Under the pieces are notes generated by a model. It was not told where the DNA came from. It saw nothing but the letters and a program-made list of their open reading frames with translations, and made no database searches. 64,000 bases of DNA from positions 186,001-250,000 of the forward strand of contig NW_027191407.1 in the NCBI RefSeq assembly GCF_041146345.1, read 5' to 3'. Positions 36,401 through 48,921 of the stretch are shown one piece after another. Made by a program: the position numbers and the translations under genes. The DNA comes from Neodothiora populina. Taxonomy: Eukaryota. Each line of letters begins with the position of its first letter. The first letter of the stretch is position 1.

Positions 36401-37402
36401 GTGACTAAACTGCCTCTCGTTGCTGACTTTCCATACTGTGGCAACGCTATAAACACGGTCGACCTTCACATCAAGAAAGACGAAGCTAGACGGGAGAGGA
36501 ACAGTGAGCAACTAAGACTACCTGCTTGCTGCAAGCTTTCTGACAAAGTCATAGATATTGCAATGGCTATCACTGTCGAAGGATCCAAGACTCCCGGTCA
36601 GAACTTCTTCCGCAAGACACTCAAGTATGTGATTAGCTTCAGGTTAAGTTTGACTCATCGACTGACAAGGCATTATAGCATGCTAAAAGTGCATATGCAT
36701 GCAATGCACCTCTGTACGTCTCACAATGGTCTCGATGTAGTACTTTCAAACCTTTACAGTGCTTTTTTCGACACTGCGGAAAGATGTATACGATATATTC
36801 AAAGCCTTCCGAATGAAAAGAAACCCAGCGAGTCCTTGATAATTAGTAAGTCTGCCATTATCTGCACCAGCTCAATCTCGGCCGTGCACAAGCAGATCCT
36901 GCGAGGCTCATAGAGTATTTCGATAATAGCTGACTCGAAATGTAGGAACGATTGAAGGATTGGTAGATGTCGCATTCGGCTTGATGCAGCGTAAAAAGGT
37001 CACAGCAGCTAGCAGCACAATCCGGTACCAGTGTTCTGTCACTAGGACTCAGACAAAATGGTAAGTCCACAAGAGGAGAGCTTCAGAGTCTACGTCCGGT
37101 CATCTCATGTCGATCGAGCGGCTGGCATACACATGTTACTTTAGTACATAGGGCCATTTGACTTGTTGAGCCATCTGCACAAGAACGTAACCAGGGAAGG
37201 TGAAAACTTTCTTCCGTGGTGTCACCAGCCCCGTCACTCTGCGTACATCTCAGCATTATATAAAATGTCTCTAACATTCGCTGCCAGGTTGGCTGCTCGA
37301 GCTTTCAGCCAGACGTTTCAAGTGCGCCAAACTCGATTCATTGGCTTGTTGTTGTGGTTAGATCGCCAGTCAGCGGAGGCGGAACAGGCTTTGATAGGCT
37401 AA
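33462..37402 (+). CDS. TERT: telomerase reverse transcriptase, 8 exons, 1095 aa by my model
   Basis: Exons 33462-33869, 33987-34308, 34359-35590, 35645-36503, 36555-36624, 36679-36845, 36946-37060, 37288-37402 sum to 3288 nt, in frame. Motifs: T (FHVTE..LFYFRHDIW), 1 (IRLLPK), 2 (LRPIIN), A (FAKLDVQACFDTI), B' (GIPQGSIVSSLLC), C (LLRLIDDFL), E (PYCG). Confidence 0.95.
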
Positions 37403-37997
37403 GTGCATGTTATCGGAAGCAAGACATGGCCCGAATCTCGAAAGATGAGAATTTGCTGCTTTGTAGAGCGAACAAACAAATGGTTGTCTAACGAGCCTCT
37501 TGTTCAGCGACTAAGCAAATATAGCCATCTACAGTTGCACGACTAATTGAGCGTTAGAACAACCGACTAAGGACCCGTCTATAGTAGTCTCTCTCATTAC
37601 TTAGTTGTGTATGAATACAAAAGAGTGGAATTAAGTCAAGGTGGTAATATACAAAAAATTGCCAATCAACACTAGCATTCATCATCCCGTCGAAATGATA
37701 CTGTATATGTAAGGTAGTACTTTGAAGCTGAAGTAGACATGACGATCGATAATTGCGTGCTCGCTTCGCTTTACCCGTACTTTGCTCCCGGACTATAACC
37801 CCGCATTATGCTTTGACGACATCCTCATATTGCTATACCATCAAGCCTCCCTCCATATACTGTAATACACTTTTGTAGAGATAGCAAATTAGCAGCTTTA
37901 TGTTCTCGCAGTGACCGGTGTGATAGATTGCTAGTCCAGGTCTCTATACTGATCTCGGACAATCCGAACACCGCTCGTCGAACGTCAGGATCCATCG

Positions 37998-39167
37998 ATG
38001 CGAGGTCATTCCTTCATACAGGGCATCTTTAAATCGACCTTTCCGAGCACAATCCGAAATCGCACGTCTAATCGAGCATTGTCATCCAGCAGCAGAATGT
38101 CATCACACAAGCTCGCAATTCTCGACGACTATGCAGGCATCGCACCCGCATACTTCGAGCACATCCCCAATCTCAAAGTAGACAGCTATGCAGACACGAT
38201 CCTACCACGGGGCGAGGAGCGTATATCGGCTCAGGTGGCCCGTCTGGAATCCTACGACATCATAGCTTCGATGCGCGAACGCACTCCGTTCCCCAAGGAA
38301 CTCCTTTCACGGCTGCCGAACCTCAAATTACTCGTGACAACCGGCCTACGGAACCTGAGCATCGACTTGCCCGCAGCGCGAGAGAACGACATCATCGTCG
38401 CCGGCACGACTGGAAAACGCGAAATCTCGCACCCGCAACTCCAGGACCTCGTCATGCCTGCGCTTAGCTACGACGCCACCACGCAGCAATGCTTCTCCCT
38501 GCTGCTATCTCTGACTTCGCGGATTCCAATCGATAATTCTGTCCTTCGAGCCGGCGGACCCTTCCAGACAGGTGTGGGCATGACGCTGTCGAATAAAGTA
38601 TTCGGATGCGTCGGCCTGGGTAGATTAGGAACTAATGCCGCGCGCACGGCGATCCTGGGGTTCGGGATGAAAGTCATCGCATGGAGCACTAACCTCACGC
38701 AGGAAAAAGCAGATGAAGCCGCCGAGAGGATCGGTTTGCCGAAGGGGTCTATCAAGGCCGTTGGTCAGGAGGAGTTGTTGCCGACTTCGGATGTGGTCAG
38801 TGTGCATTATCTGCTTTCTGATCGCAGCAGAGATTTGATCGGGGCTAAGGAACTCGGTCTGATGAAGAAGACTGCGTTGCTGCTGAATACCTCTCGCGGT
38901 CCTATTGTCAACGAGGAAGCATTACTCAGTGTGCTGAAGGAGGGAAAGATCAGAGGCGCTGGTCTCGACGTGTTCTGGACCGAGCCACTCCCTGTCGAGA
39001 GTCCCTGGAGGACGACAAATTGGGGCCAGGATGGGCGATCAGATGTCGTGCTGAGCCCGCATATGGGTTACGTGGTGGAGGAGACGATGAACAAGTGGTA
39101 CGCAGAGCAGGCTGACACTGTGGAGAAATACGTAAAGGGCCAGGAATTGCCGGATATCATGACCTAG
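37998..39167 (+). CDS. D-isomer-specific 2-hydroxyacid dehydrogenase
   Basis: LAILDDY, MRERTPF, Rossmann motif VGLGRLG, LNTSRGPIV, GLDVFWTEP, SPHMGY. A second ATG lies at 38097. Confidence 0.92.
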   Translation: MRGHSFIQGIFKSTFPSTIRNRTSNRALSSSSRMSSHKLAILDDYAGIAPAYFEHIPNLKVDSYADTILPRGEERISAQVARLESYDIIASMRERTPFPKELLSRLPNLKLLVTTGLRNLSIDLPAARENDIIVAGTTGKREISHPQLQDLVMPALSYDATTQQCFSLLLSLTSRIPIDNSVLRAGGPFQTGVGMTLSNKVFGCVGLGRLGTNAARTAILGFGMKVIAWSTNLTQEKADEAAERIGLPKGSIKAVGQEELLPTSDVVSVHYLLSDRSRDLIGAKELGLMKKTALLLNTSRGPIVNEEALLSVLKEGKIRGAGLDVFWTEPLPVESPWRTTNWGQDGRSDVVLSPHMGYVVEETMNKWYAEQADTVEKYVKGQELPDIMT

Positions 39168-40085
39168 TTGATTATGCTAATATAAGTCGAGAAAGAAGCG
39201 TTTTGAAAAGTCATTCACTATATATTCGCCTTCTCGGACGCCCTGGTCGATAGGACTCATTGTCCAGTCACTTGGATCTCATCAAGCTGTCACTTACTTT
39301 TCATCAATCTGTCAATTGAAAGTCATCTAACCCACCACTCGTGATGCACTGGCCTTAGAAGCATCTCCTTCCTCTCTGCCCTGTGCTTGTGCTTCGCTAC
39401 AAGATCGAGTCATTCCCTCGTCTTGTCCTCCCATTCTTGATCCTCCCTGACTACTCCAGAAGCAGATCTTTGACGATACGGTTATCGGGGAGGCATCCAA
39501 AAGAGTCTTCTGGTGCCTGCAGTCGTTTCCCAATAAACATTGCAAAGGCAACCATCTACAGCAACAAGCCTGAGCAGGGAGCGAAGATGAACCGGGCCAC
39601 CAAGATCTACTTCGACAAGCACGTTGCACCACACCTGGAGACTGCCGGCTCCCACTTCACTGCAGGAAAGGGATTCAAGGACACTAAAGTTACCTGATAT
39701 ATGCAGTCGTTGCGTTGCAGCAATAGTGATGAATCGACGAAGGTAAGAGTTCGTGACGTGGAGTGCGATTGTTGGCGTGCGAAAAGAGGGGGTTGTAGAT
39801 ACGAGTGCTTTTTCGACGGTTCGATGACACCAAGACCATTCCTTCCTTACAGAAACAAGTAGACTGTTGTCTAGGTAGTGTATTGATATCGACTGGGGGT
39901 TTTCAGGAGGAGAAAGGCAGGAAGAAGCCTGAGAAGTTCTTGAGAGATGGATTGTCATTAGAAACATCTGAGTGTCTTTCTTTTTCTTTATCTCGTATCA
40001 GCATTCTTCTCATACTGCTCATGTCAGATTTCAGAACAGAGCTGCGCTGCGCTATATCCTATGTACAAAAAGAAGAACAAGTTAA

Positions 40086-42091
40086 TCATGAGGCCGTGGC
40101 GACCTCTGCAACTCCCGCAGGGGCAGCGGCAGTGGGGACCTCATCATTCACGCGTTCAGGAATAGCCGCCAACGCCCTCTTGAAGATCTCGCACAACTCC
40201 TGCGTGTCCTCGAGTCCGACACTGAATCTGCATAGATCCGCAGGACAGCCGAATCCCGCGGCCCACTCCAACTCATTGAAGTGAGCCAACAGCACAAAGG
40301 GACTGGAAAGAGTGAAGTTCGTGCCGAGCGAAGGGCCCTTTGCCGTTTTGAGGTTGTCGTAGAAGAGCATGGCGTCTGAGAGAGACCAGAATGTGCAAGA
40401 TAGTAGTCCACCGTAGCCGCCGTTGGGGAGACGGCAGGCGTCGTAATTTGGTCGAGAAGGCGAGTGCTTGGGGTAGTTGACTTGTTTCACTATAATGATT
40501 TGTTAGTGGGTTGACAGGAGATGTAAACCGGAGATAAAAATGCGTACCTTTTGGGCAGGAAGTCAAAACATCACAGATGGCCTCTGCGTTGACGTTGACT
40601 CGCTTGATTCTCTCGACAAAGTCTCTCGAGTTTCGTTCAAGGAAAATGGAATCCTCTTCGAAGTGGTTGTCTTCGTAGCCGCCTTGGTCGGCAGGAAGCT
40701 CCATGGCCTTCTTGAGGGTCTGATAGTATTGACCCTGTGGGTTCAAAATAGCTGCGCCACCCATGACGTTAGAATCTCCGGAGAAGATCTTGGTCAAAGA
40801 CGAGACGACAACATCGGCATATGGCAAGACATTCACGTTCAGGAAATTTCCGATTGTCTCGTCGACTACAATAGCAAAATCGTACTTGTCGGAGAGTTCG
40901 CGTAGTCGGATAAGGTCGGGGGTTTTGAGTAGAGGGTTTCCAGGAAATTCACAGAACAAAGCCAAGTAACGCTCCCCACCCTCCAATCTCTTTTCTAGGT
41001 CGTCAATGTCCTCCTTCTCGCCAAAACCATAGAACAAAGCGCCGGGACCAAACTTCTCGAGAACTTTCAGGGTATCGACATAGGGAAAGCCATAAGAGAT
41101 GCTCTGTCTCGAGGCGCCCTCCTCGGGTCTGGCGAGCATCAGAGTGCGGTGGGTGTTGAAGATTGCGCTCATGCCGCAAGGATAAAGATAGACATCGTCG
41201 ACGGAAAATCCATGTGCCTGACGTGTTCGCTCCGAGTCTTCTGGGTGTTGCAGAGCCTCGTGTAGTTCGGCGTCTGCGGTCAATGAACCAGCAATACGTC
41301 GGCGAATGGCCAGCTTGGCGCGGGCGGCGAATTGCATGTTCAAGTTGCGACCGAAGCGCTCCTCGACGAAAGCAGAAGGGTCGCTGCCGTCGATAAGTTC
41401 CTGGCCGTAGTGGCCGTTTTGGGTATGTTGTTCGTCCTTGCTGAGGTTGCGCTGGTAGCGCCTCGGGCCCTTCTTCATGCGTGGTATGTCGACAACAGTG
41501 CTCCTCTCCACCATGCTGCCGTCGTGGAAGGCCTTTTCGCAGAACTCTGCCCTGCGAGAGGAGACACCGTCTCCGCTGTGTTGCCAGAACTGCTTGGCCA
41601 CGGGCCAATGCTCTTTGGGATAGACGACTGCGGCAAGACGAGGGAGGACCTTTTTGTTCTCAGATTGCGGGTGGCTGCTGGGATTCGGAACGAAGTCGAG
41701 AATGCGGATTTGGTTCGAGGCAAGACCGGGCACGAGTTTGCGGAAGAAGGCGACACATCGGCTTGCGGGAGCGTGTGAAGGAAACAGCATCGCCTTCTCA
41801 TTGGCGCTGCTGCCATATTTGGCAACAATAGACACTGCGAGGCGATCGATTGATTTGTGAACGAAGAACCGCGGATATCCGGTCTGCATCTTGCTGACGA
41901 CCCAGTCCTGGCCCTCTTCGTATCCTACATTTGCCGCCCACGTCGGCAGCGAGACACTGACAGCCTGGAGATTGTGTCAGTACCCGGAAGAGTGATACAA
42001 CGGAAGGTGTGTTCAATTGATTGCATACATGTGGAGTGTCGGCCGGGATGGTGTGGCCGACGGTGTTGTTGAACTCTACGATACCCGGCAT
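40086..42091 (-). CDS. STR2: cystathionine gamma-synthase, 3 exons
   Basis: TPH/AVSVSLPTW, GYPRFFVH, YPCGMSAI, CEFPGNP, VDETIGNF, PLP-lysine SSLTKIFSG, KGPSLGTNFTL, RFSVGLE. Introns 42028-41965 and 40547-40490. Confidence 0.92.
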
Positions 42092-42452
42092 TCTAGCTGT
42101 GGTAGGGTGAGTATCTGTAATTGTACAACTCAGAGGAGTATAGACGGGACAAAAGTAAAGAAGAGAGGGTGGCACATCATAATATAAGAGAGTGGCCGCG
42201 GGCGAATGAGTCGTAGATTCTTTATGCATCTATCTCTTCTTTATGCATGTTCATAAGAAAAAGAGTCCGTAATCGGCGTTGCTTTCTTGGCGGATCCGGC
42301 GGATTTGTCGCTACCAGCCGTCCGCGAATCCAAGGGTTCAATGCTGGTTTAATGGGAGTCACGAAGTAGAGGGGCGGAGTGGCAGTAGATGTTCTCTAGT
42401 TTCTATCTCTCTATACCCGCTTGCTGTTGTACAAGTCGCAGCGGATCTCACC

Positions 42453-44332
42453 ATGGTCTACGATTGGGACGATAAGCGGGAGGCATGCTACCGCATGTAT
42501 GTAGTCCAAAAATTGAGATTGGACGAGGTGATGAGGTTCTTCAAAGATGAGGGTAAGCAGCCGCGACTTCTTTGGGACCATTACTGCGTGATGCTACTTT
42601 TGGTCGACTCTAGCTAACAACAACCATCAAACAGTCGGATTCGTACCAAGGTATGCTCGCTTATGCCTTCACTTCTATATGGTCCTACGCGATCCGCAAA
42701 CGAAAAATTGGAAAATACCTTGGAAGTATGCATATTCTGACTGCAGCAGCAAGCGTGCATTCCAGACGCAATTTCGGGTAAGTTGTCTTGCGAGAAACAT
42801 TTAGTCTACTATGCCACTGTAAGGCCGTCAACAGCCAACTTGCTCCGTAGAATAACATCTTCCAGCGCTGGGGGTTTCCTAGCAAACAAAACCCCGCCCA
42901 CCGCAATGAGGCCTTAGTTGCTCGTACTCGAGAGCTATGGGAGCGCAATACGACGCAGAGGGAAATGGTCGGCATACTACAAACTGAAGGCTTCAACATC
43001 ACCGAGCGAGAACTTATGCGCCTTCGGGCAAAGCACCGTCTACTACTCAGGGGTCCTAATCGGGCCAAGGTTGAGTCTGTTGATCAAAACAATGCTCTCG
43101 ACCCAAACCTTGCCGATGAGGATGTGACGCATTTTGTAAGTCTTTTGTTATCCCTAGGTTGTCTGCTCAATAACTCATTCCATCAGCAGCCATACGAGTC
43201 ACTGCTGCCTGTAACAGCTATTGCACAAGAGGGTAAGTTGCTCAAAGACTGCTGTCAAGCGGATATTCTCATGCCGACCATGCACACTACAAGGAATTGA
43301 GCTCTGATATGCACAGGTGACATCGCTAGTGAGCGTGAACTAAGTTTCAACACAGGCGCATCTCTGAAATGTACAGAGCATCCTAGCGACCCTTTGCAAG
43401 ATGGTGAGGTCAAAGCGCCGTCAAAAAAACGTCGACGTCGCAACAACAATTGGACTGGGACACAGGGTGAGCTTTCAGAGCAGCAACGCTTTCCTTCAGA
43501 AACGACATTGGAATCCAGTAAAGTATGTTTGGGTCTTGACAACACAACACATCTGGAAGTCCGCAATATCTTCCAGTCTATCTGTCAAGAACAAGGTATC
43601 GTGAAGAAGACAGTAGTAGGGCCAGAGCGGTGGCAGGGGGCGAAGAACGAATTACTGCTGAGGCAAAGGTCGCTCAGTCAGGCATTTGAACAAGCAGAAG
43701 CTCCACTGCTCGATCAGATGCGTTTGTCGCTCGATGTGATATGCATGGATGTGACGAAACGTCTCCGAAATCTCGAGCACAAGATGACGCTCGCAGAGGC
43801 CAAGAACATGCTGAACATCAACCCAGAAGAGGGTCGTCGGCTCCGGAAAGAGCTGATAGACCTTCTCACAGCGCACAATTTCGTCAACAAATATCAGTCA
43901 GACAACTGGGAAGAGCTTCGGCAAGAGTGGCTGGCCAAGACTGGCCTCGCAGAGCGTATCCCGGCAGTCGGAAGTGCTGATCGCGCGCAGTGCCTGCGTG
44001 CCGTGCAAGCAGTGTGTCGGGACATCATGAAGCGCTGGCGAGACGCCCAGGTGTCAAAAGGCAATGGCAAGTCGCCTGAGAATTCGCGCCCGAATACAGG
44101 GAAGCGGTTACGGACAGAGGCGACGGTACAGCAGACAGGCAGCGAGGAGCAGGCCGATGCTGTCCCTTTTGTTACGAACGAGCTGGAAGACAGCTGTAAC
44201 TTCCAGATCGATCCCGAACTACTTTTAGCAGCTAAGGGATTACAGCCAGATCCCTACGGTCAGGCAACAACTAGTGGGCAGGTCGGCGAGGCTACGCTTC
44301 GTGGGGGCATGCATGCGCCGGTATACCTCTGA
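42453..44332 (+). CDS. Clr5-domain protein, many small exons
   Basis: MVYDWDDKREACYRMYV..LDEVM../GFVP/SKRAFQTQFR/RWGFPSK, then FPSETTLESSK and LDVICMDVTKRLR. Confidence 0.8.
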
Positions 44333-44823
44333 TGTAGCCGACATTCTCTTGATATGCCATAAGCAAAGCGTAGTGTTATATGACGCAGATACAAAATGTG
44401 CAGGATGATTCCCCATACACGCGCTCTGAGAGGAGACCCTGTCCTCTTCTATATTCTTATAGCAGAACTACTATTTGAATAGATTACTCAGTGCATGGAA
44501 GATTATGGTTATGATTTATAAAGCACGGAGTAATTCAGAAATGATTGTATATCGTATATTCGACGAAATTTGGCGATCATGTCACGATTGATATGCTCGG
44601 TAAAACTTGAGTGATTGTATATTGTAGCAATGAGATGCACTGGGTGTGATTTCTGTGTGCATACATCTTTACCCCAAGAAGAACGCAAACACGGCAAACA
44701 TGGCGTTATGTACGCCACCAAGGTACTTTTTTTATGGATAGCAGATGCAATAATAATTGCAGGCAGTCATGTCAGAGTAATAAGAGAAACATTGCAAAGA
44801 TCACGTATTCAACAACCACTTCG

Positions 44824-46155
44824 ATGCTAGTCCCACGGCGATCGCAGTCAATATGCCACCAAGTAAAAGGCACAACACGTCTGCTCAGCCACTTCCATTC
44901 AAATCTGACCGGAGCGCAACCCACACACCAACAACATAATGTCCCGGTAACAATCCCAGTATCAAAAGTCCGCTACGCATCCTCTTCTTCCACGCGGTGG
45001 AAGACCCGACAAACCAATGACCACTTCGCCAAAGAAGCGCGCGTGGCAGGCCTGAAGTCCCGCGCGGCCTTCAAACTCCTCGAGCTGGACTCGAAGCACA
45101 AAATCTTCCAACGGGGCGGCACAGTGGTGGATTTGGGATACGCACCGGGGAGCTGGAGTCAGGTTGCTGTGAATAGGACTTCTCCTGGCGGACGAGTGGT
45201 GGGTATCGATATCATACCTGCGCAGCCGCCCCGAGGCGCGAGTTCGATTCAGGGCAATTTCTTGAGCCCGGACGTTCAGGCTGAGGTCAGGAATTATGTG
45301 CAAGACTACTGGAAGGGGAGACCGAGGAAGAGAGGCGTTTTGGCTAGGAGAGTAGGAGAGGAGGGAGGCGCCGACGAGGGGGTATCCGAGGACGAGATGG
45401 AGACCTTGTCTAAAGGCATTGTTGACCTCGGTCGGGAGGTTGTCTCCTGGACATCAGAAGTGCAACCTTCGACACACGAAGCTGCAGAAACGACGACGAA
45501 AGCACAAGAGAAGGCAAGCGCAACGCCAGAACTGGATCAGGCCGAGAAGGACGAGCGCGATGGCAGAGTCGTCGATGTGGTGCTAAGTGACATGTCCGCG
45601 CCATGGGAACAAATCACCGGAACATGGATCAGGAGCGTTAATAACCCCTATCGCAGGATGATGAACACGAGTGGAATGCCATTCCGGGACCACGCAGGTT
45701 CTATGGTGAGAGAAACTTCCTCAATGCGTCGACCTTCGTCCCTTTGGGGACCATCCGCGGATGACTAAAAAAAGCAAGTACTAACGTGAAGCCGAGACTA
45801 GGACCTTTGCAACGCAGCCTTGACCTTCTCATACTCCACCCTTCGCACTGGCGGTCACTTCCTGTGTAAGTTCTACCAAGGCGGCGAAGACAAAGCCTTT
45901 GAAATGCGATTACGCAAGCTATTCGAAAAAGTGCATAGAGAGAAGCCCGAATCCTCTCGTAGTGTAAGTTTTAACAATTCCTACTCCTCCAGTCTTCTCG
46001 CCTCGCCTGCGACCTACGAAGAGTTAAAATTATATCATATATCGTGGCTAATATCATGCTCAACGAGAATACAGGAGTCAAAGGAAGCTTATTTCGTAGC
46101 CTTGCGCCGCAAACCAGATGTAGATCATGACTTGGTCTTTCCGGACGAGTACTGA
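44824..46155 (+). CDS. MRM2: mitochondrial LSU rRNA 2'-O-methyltransferase (FtsJ/RrmJ family), 3 exons
   Basis: KSRAAFKLLELD, VVDLGYAPGSWSQV, VVLSDM, FLCKFYQG, KPESSRS/ESKEAYFVA. Confidence 0.92.
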
Positions 46156-46350
46156 TCTTTTGATCGCTCGACTATACTACTGTTGTATTGAGAGCATGTA
46201 CAGAAAGTACTCAAAATGCACTCACACACACCTCAAGGGATTTTCGTCCGTCTTTTCCTGTCACACATGGTGGGATGGACCGCTTGGTTGGTTTCATGAC
46301 ACATCTTTAGCTTCGAAGCTACAGGTCTATCTTTATGGTCCTTATATGTT

Positions 46351-47492
46351 TTAGCGCCATTCGGCGGCCCAAGTCGTCTGTCCCCGTCTGAATGGCACAA
46401 TCTCAACTTTACCATCTGATGAGGTGAGCAAGTCCTGAATCTTTGCCCCGGCCCGTCTCAGGACGACCTTCTCGTTCCTCTCGTCGGATGCGTTATAGAA
46501 TTTCCTTCCGAAGCCACCGAGGAAGCCCTCGAGAGTCTCCTTGGTAATATCTTCAGCTTTCAGAATGCCTTTCTCAATGCCCTGCTCAAGTGCATCCACA
46601 ACCAGGCCCACAGCATGTGGCTGCGTGAAGACTCCTGCGGCAACCTTGTCACCTCGCTTGCTGATCGCTGGGTGAGGTGCGCTGTCTGTGCCGAGGAAGA
46701 ACTTCGGGTTGCCCGAGGCAGCAGTCTGCAGAAGGGCCTTCCTGTCCGCCGGCGTCTTTGCCACAGGCTTGCAGAAGCAATGTGGGTCACCAGCCCAGTC
46801 GTCCACTATTATGGAAAGGTGGTGCGCAGTGATGGTAGCAGAGACAGATGGCCCACAAGCCTTGACCGCTTCTGTTGCTGCTGCAGTAGTACAGTGCTCC
46901 AAGATGATTCTCAGCTTAGGGAATCGCGAATGCAGATTCTTCAACTGTGGCAGGAAAGCTTCCTCGGCGGATAGGACTGTAATGTCGTTCTTCGGCGAAC
47001 CAGGCACTTCACCGTGCAGATTCAAGACCATATTCTGGCGCTCCATCTCGGCGAACACAGGATAGAAAGGCTCATAGCTCACAACTCCAGAGCTGGAATT
47101 CGTAGTAACACCAGCAGGATAAGACTTGATACCCGTGATACCTGCCGCGGCTGCTTCTTTGACCACTTCAGGCGTGATTGACTCGTGAAGATAAAGAGAC
47201 ATCAGGAACGTGACGTTTGGGTCCAGAGCTTGTAAACGCTTCTTGTAATCGAGAGCGTGCTGCACAGTGGTAATTGGAGGTACCAGGTTAGGCTAGCATT
47301 GTCATGAGCAACACATCCAAGTCATGCGGCAGACACTTGGTGCAGAAAGCAACCTACCATCACGAAGACAGTGTTCACACCTCCTTGCCTGATCGTAGGC
47401 GTGACGAGTTCCATCATTGGGCCATCACGAAGATGGACATGGAAGTCTGCCGGGGCGGCAATCTCGACACCATCGAATTTCTGGAGAGCCAT
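46351..47492 (-). CDS. URA4: dihydroorotase, 2 exons
   Basis: DFHVHLRDG, VM/PNLVPP, KSYPAGVTTNS, LNLHGE, FCKPVAK, LGTDSAPH. Confidence 0.96.
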
Positions 47493-48921
47493 TGTAAGAG
47501 ACTAGAGGTGTATAAGTCAGTTATGTTCTTCCGTCTCTCAAATAAATTGTAATCTGGCATCCGAATTTGATGTCTAAGGGAATAGACATGGACTCTGCTT
47601 CGCGCTCGAAGTTGGAGCACACGGGAGGTTGCAAACAGGCGAATCGGACACATGATCTGCGTCTACCATCTCTCCTCAGAATCGACACCTACCTTGGTCA
47701 GATTCGACGTCTCCCAACTCTGATATTGCAAATACGTTTGACTGTTGTCTAGCAAAAGCCCTTCGGTGTGTCTAAATACCTTACTCAGATCGCCTCCAAA
47801 CTTTTGAGCTCGCCAAGAAAGTCGGTTGGCTCATAGAAGCAGCATAAAGCTCGGACGTCACGTCAAGGTCTCTATACCTGCATTAGGTAATAATTCGTGA
47901 CGACACCACAAACTTACAGATGAGCTGGAATAACGAGGTTGGCACGCTTGACAGGCCTCTCGAGGTAGAATGGATCATGAAGTAGCTCGATCATGGCTCA
48001 TCAATTCTTGGTGGCGGCTCCAGTGTCTATACGTCTTGCCACTTACAGCTGCTCTTCAAATATGATCTATCCAATTTACACAGATCAGTCACGAACAGAG
48101 CTACCTTCTATACCGAGGTTTCCTCCGTCAGTCGTGTTCTTGCTTACGTGGTGTGGACTTACACTAGGTCAGCAGAGGAAGGCTATATCCATGGTTCATG
48201 ATCGAACATGTACAACATCCACAGAGAAACCATATTCGACCATCGGCTGAAGCTGATACTTACTAGCCGCACATGACAGATCTAGTTGTTTGCTTTACAT
48301 CGCTTTGTAGTACCTACCCGAGACCGGTGGGCTAGGGCTTCGATGCTTCAATGGCTACCATATACACAGGCGTTCGGAACGCTGCAGCCTTCTCGTGAGC
48401 AAGCCACAGCAAGCGCCTCCTCTGACCTACCATAGTCGGCCACGGTAATCACTACATTGGCCTGGATTCCATATGTTCGAGCAAAATTTTGGTCCTGATG
48501 GTAACACATCAAGAAGAAGATTCAGAGCTCATAGGTAATTGTTATACCCCTCCGCCACTACTTTTCAATATGATGCAAGCAGGAGCAAACCTTGATCATG
48601 TGGCCTGGCACAGATGCGACTTTCAGCCATTGATACTTCGGAACGTAGTCACTGATATGGCTGTGCTTTGTACAAGGGGCCAGCAAGCAAGCAGATTCAG
48701 CCTATAATAACAAAGGCCTACCCGAGCACTGATGCTTGTGCAACTCCAAGCACTACCACCATAGACACGCCGCTCGTAAATATACTGTTCCAACTAGCAA
48801 GCCACCTGGCTATATTAGGGGGTGGTTCTCCCTCTCGTAGTGCCGGTCTAAAACAACTTACCCGGCCTTTACGCTGCATGACTTCTCTCAAGCCTTTTTT
48901 GTATCGAATTACCGTCCTGGC

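Noticed and set aside
33462..37402. Retrotransposon or novel retroelement RT
   Set aside because: The telomerase T motif and spliceosomal introns are present. No gag, integrase, RNase H, LTR or TSD is visible.
22871..39167. Secondary-metabolite or catabolic cluster (aldolase, PhyH dioxygenase, dehydrogenase)
   Set aside because: No backbone synthase, transporter or pathway regulator, and the genes are separated by housekeeping genes.
1664..46155. Functional cluster of RNA-processing genes (POP4, MTO1, NCS2, CIA1, BUD23, TERT, MRM2)
   Set aside because: They are interspersed with unrelated genes and act in different compartments. Chance in a gene-dense core region is sufficient.
11308..47492. 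Cryptic peroxisomal PTS1 via TGA-CTA stop readthrough on the metabolic enzymes
   Set aside because: The stops I checked (PDX3, SER2, ALT1, ACB1, aldolase, dehydrogenase, STR2, URA4) lack the TGA CTA context.
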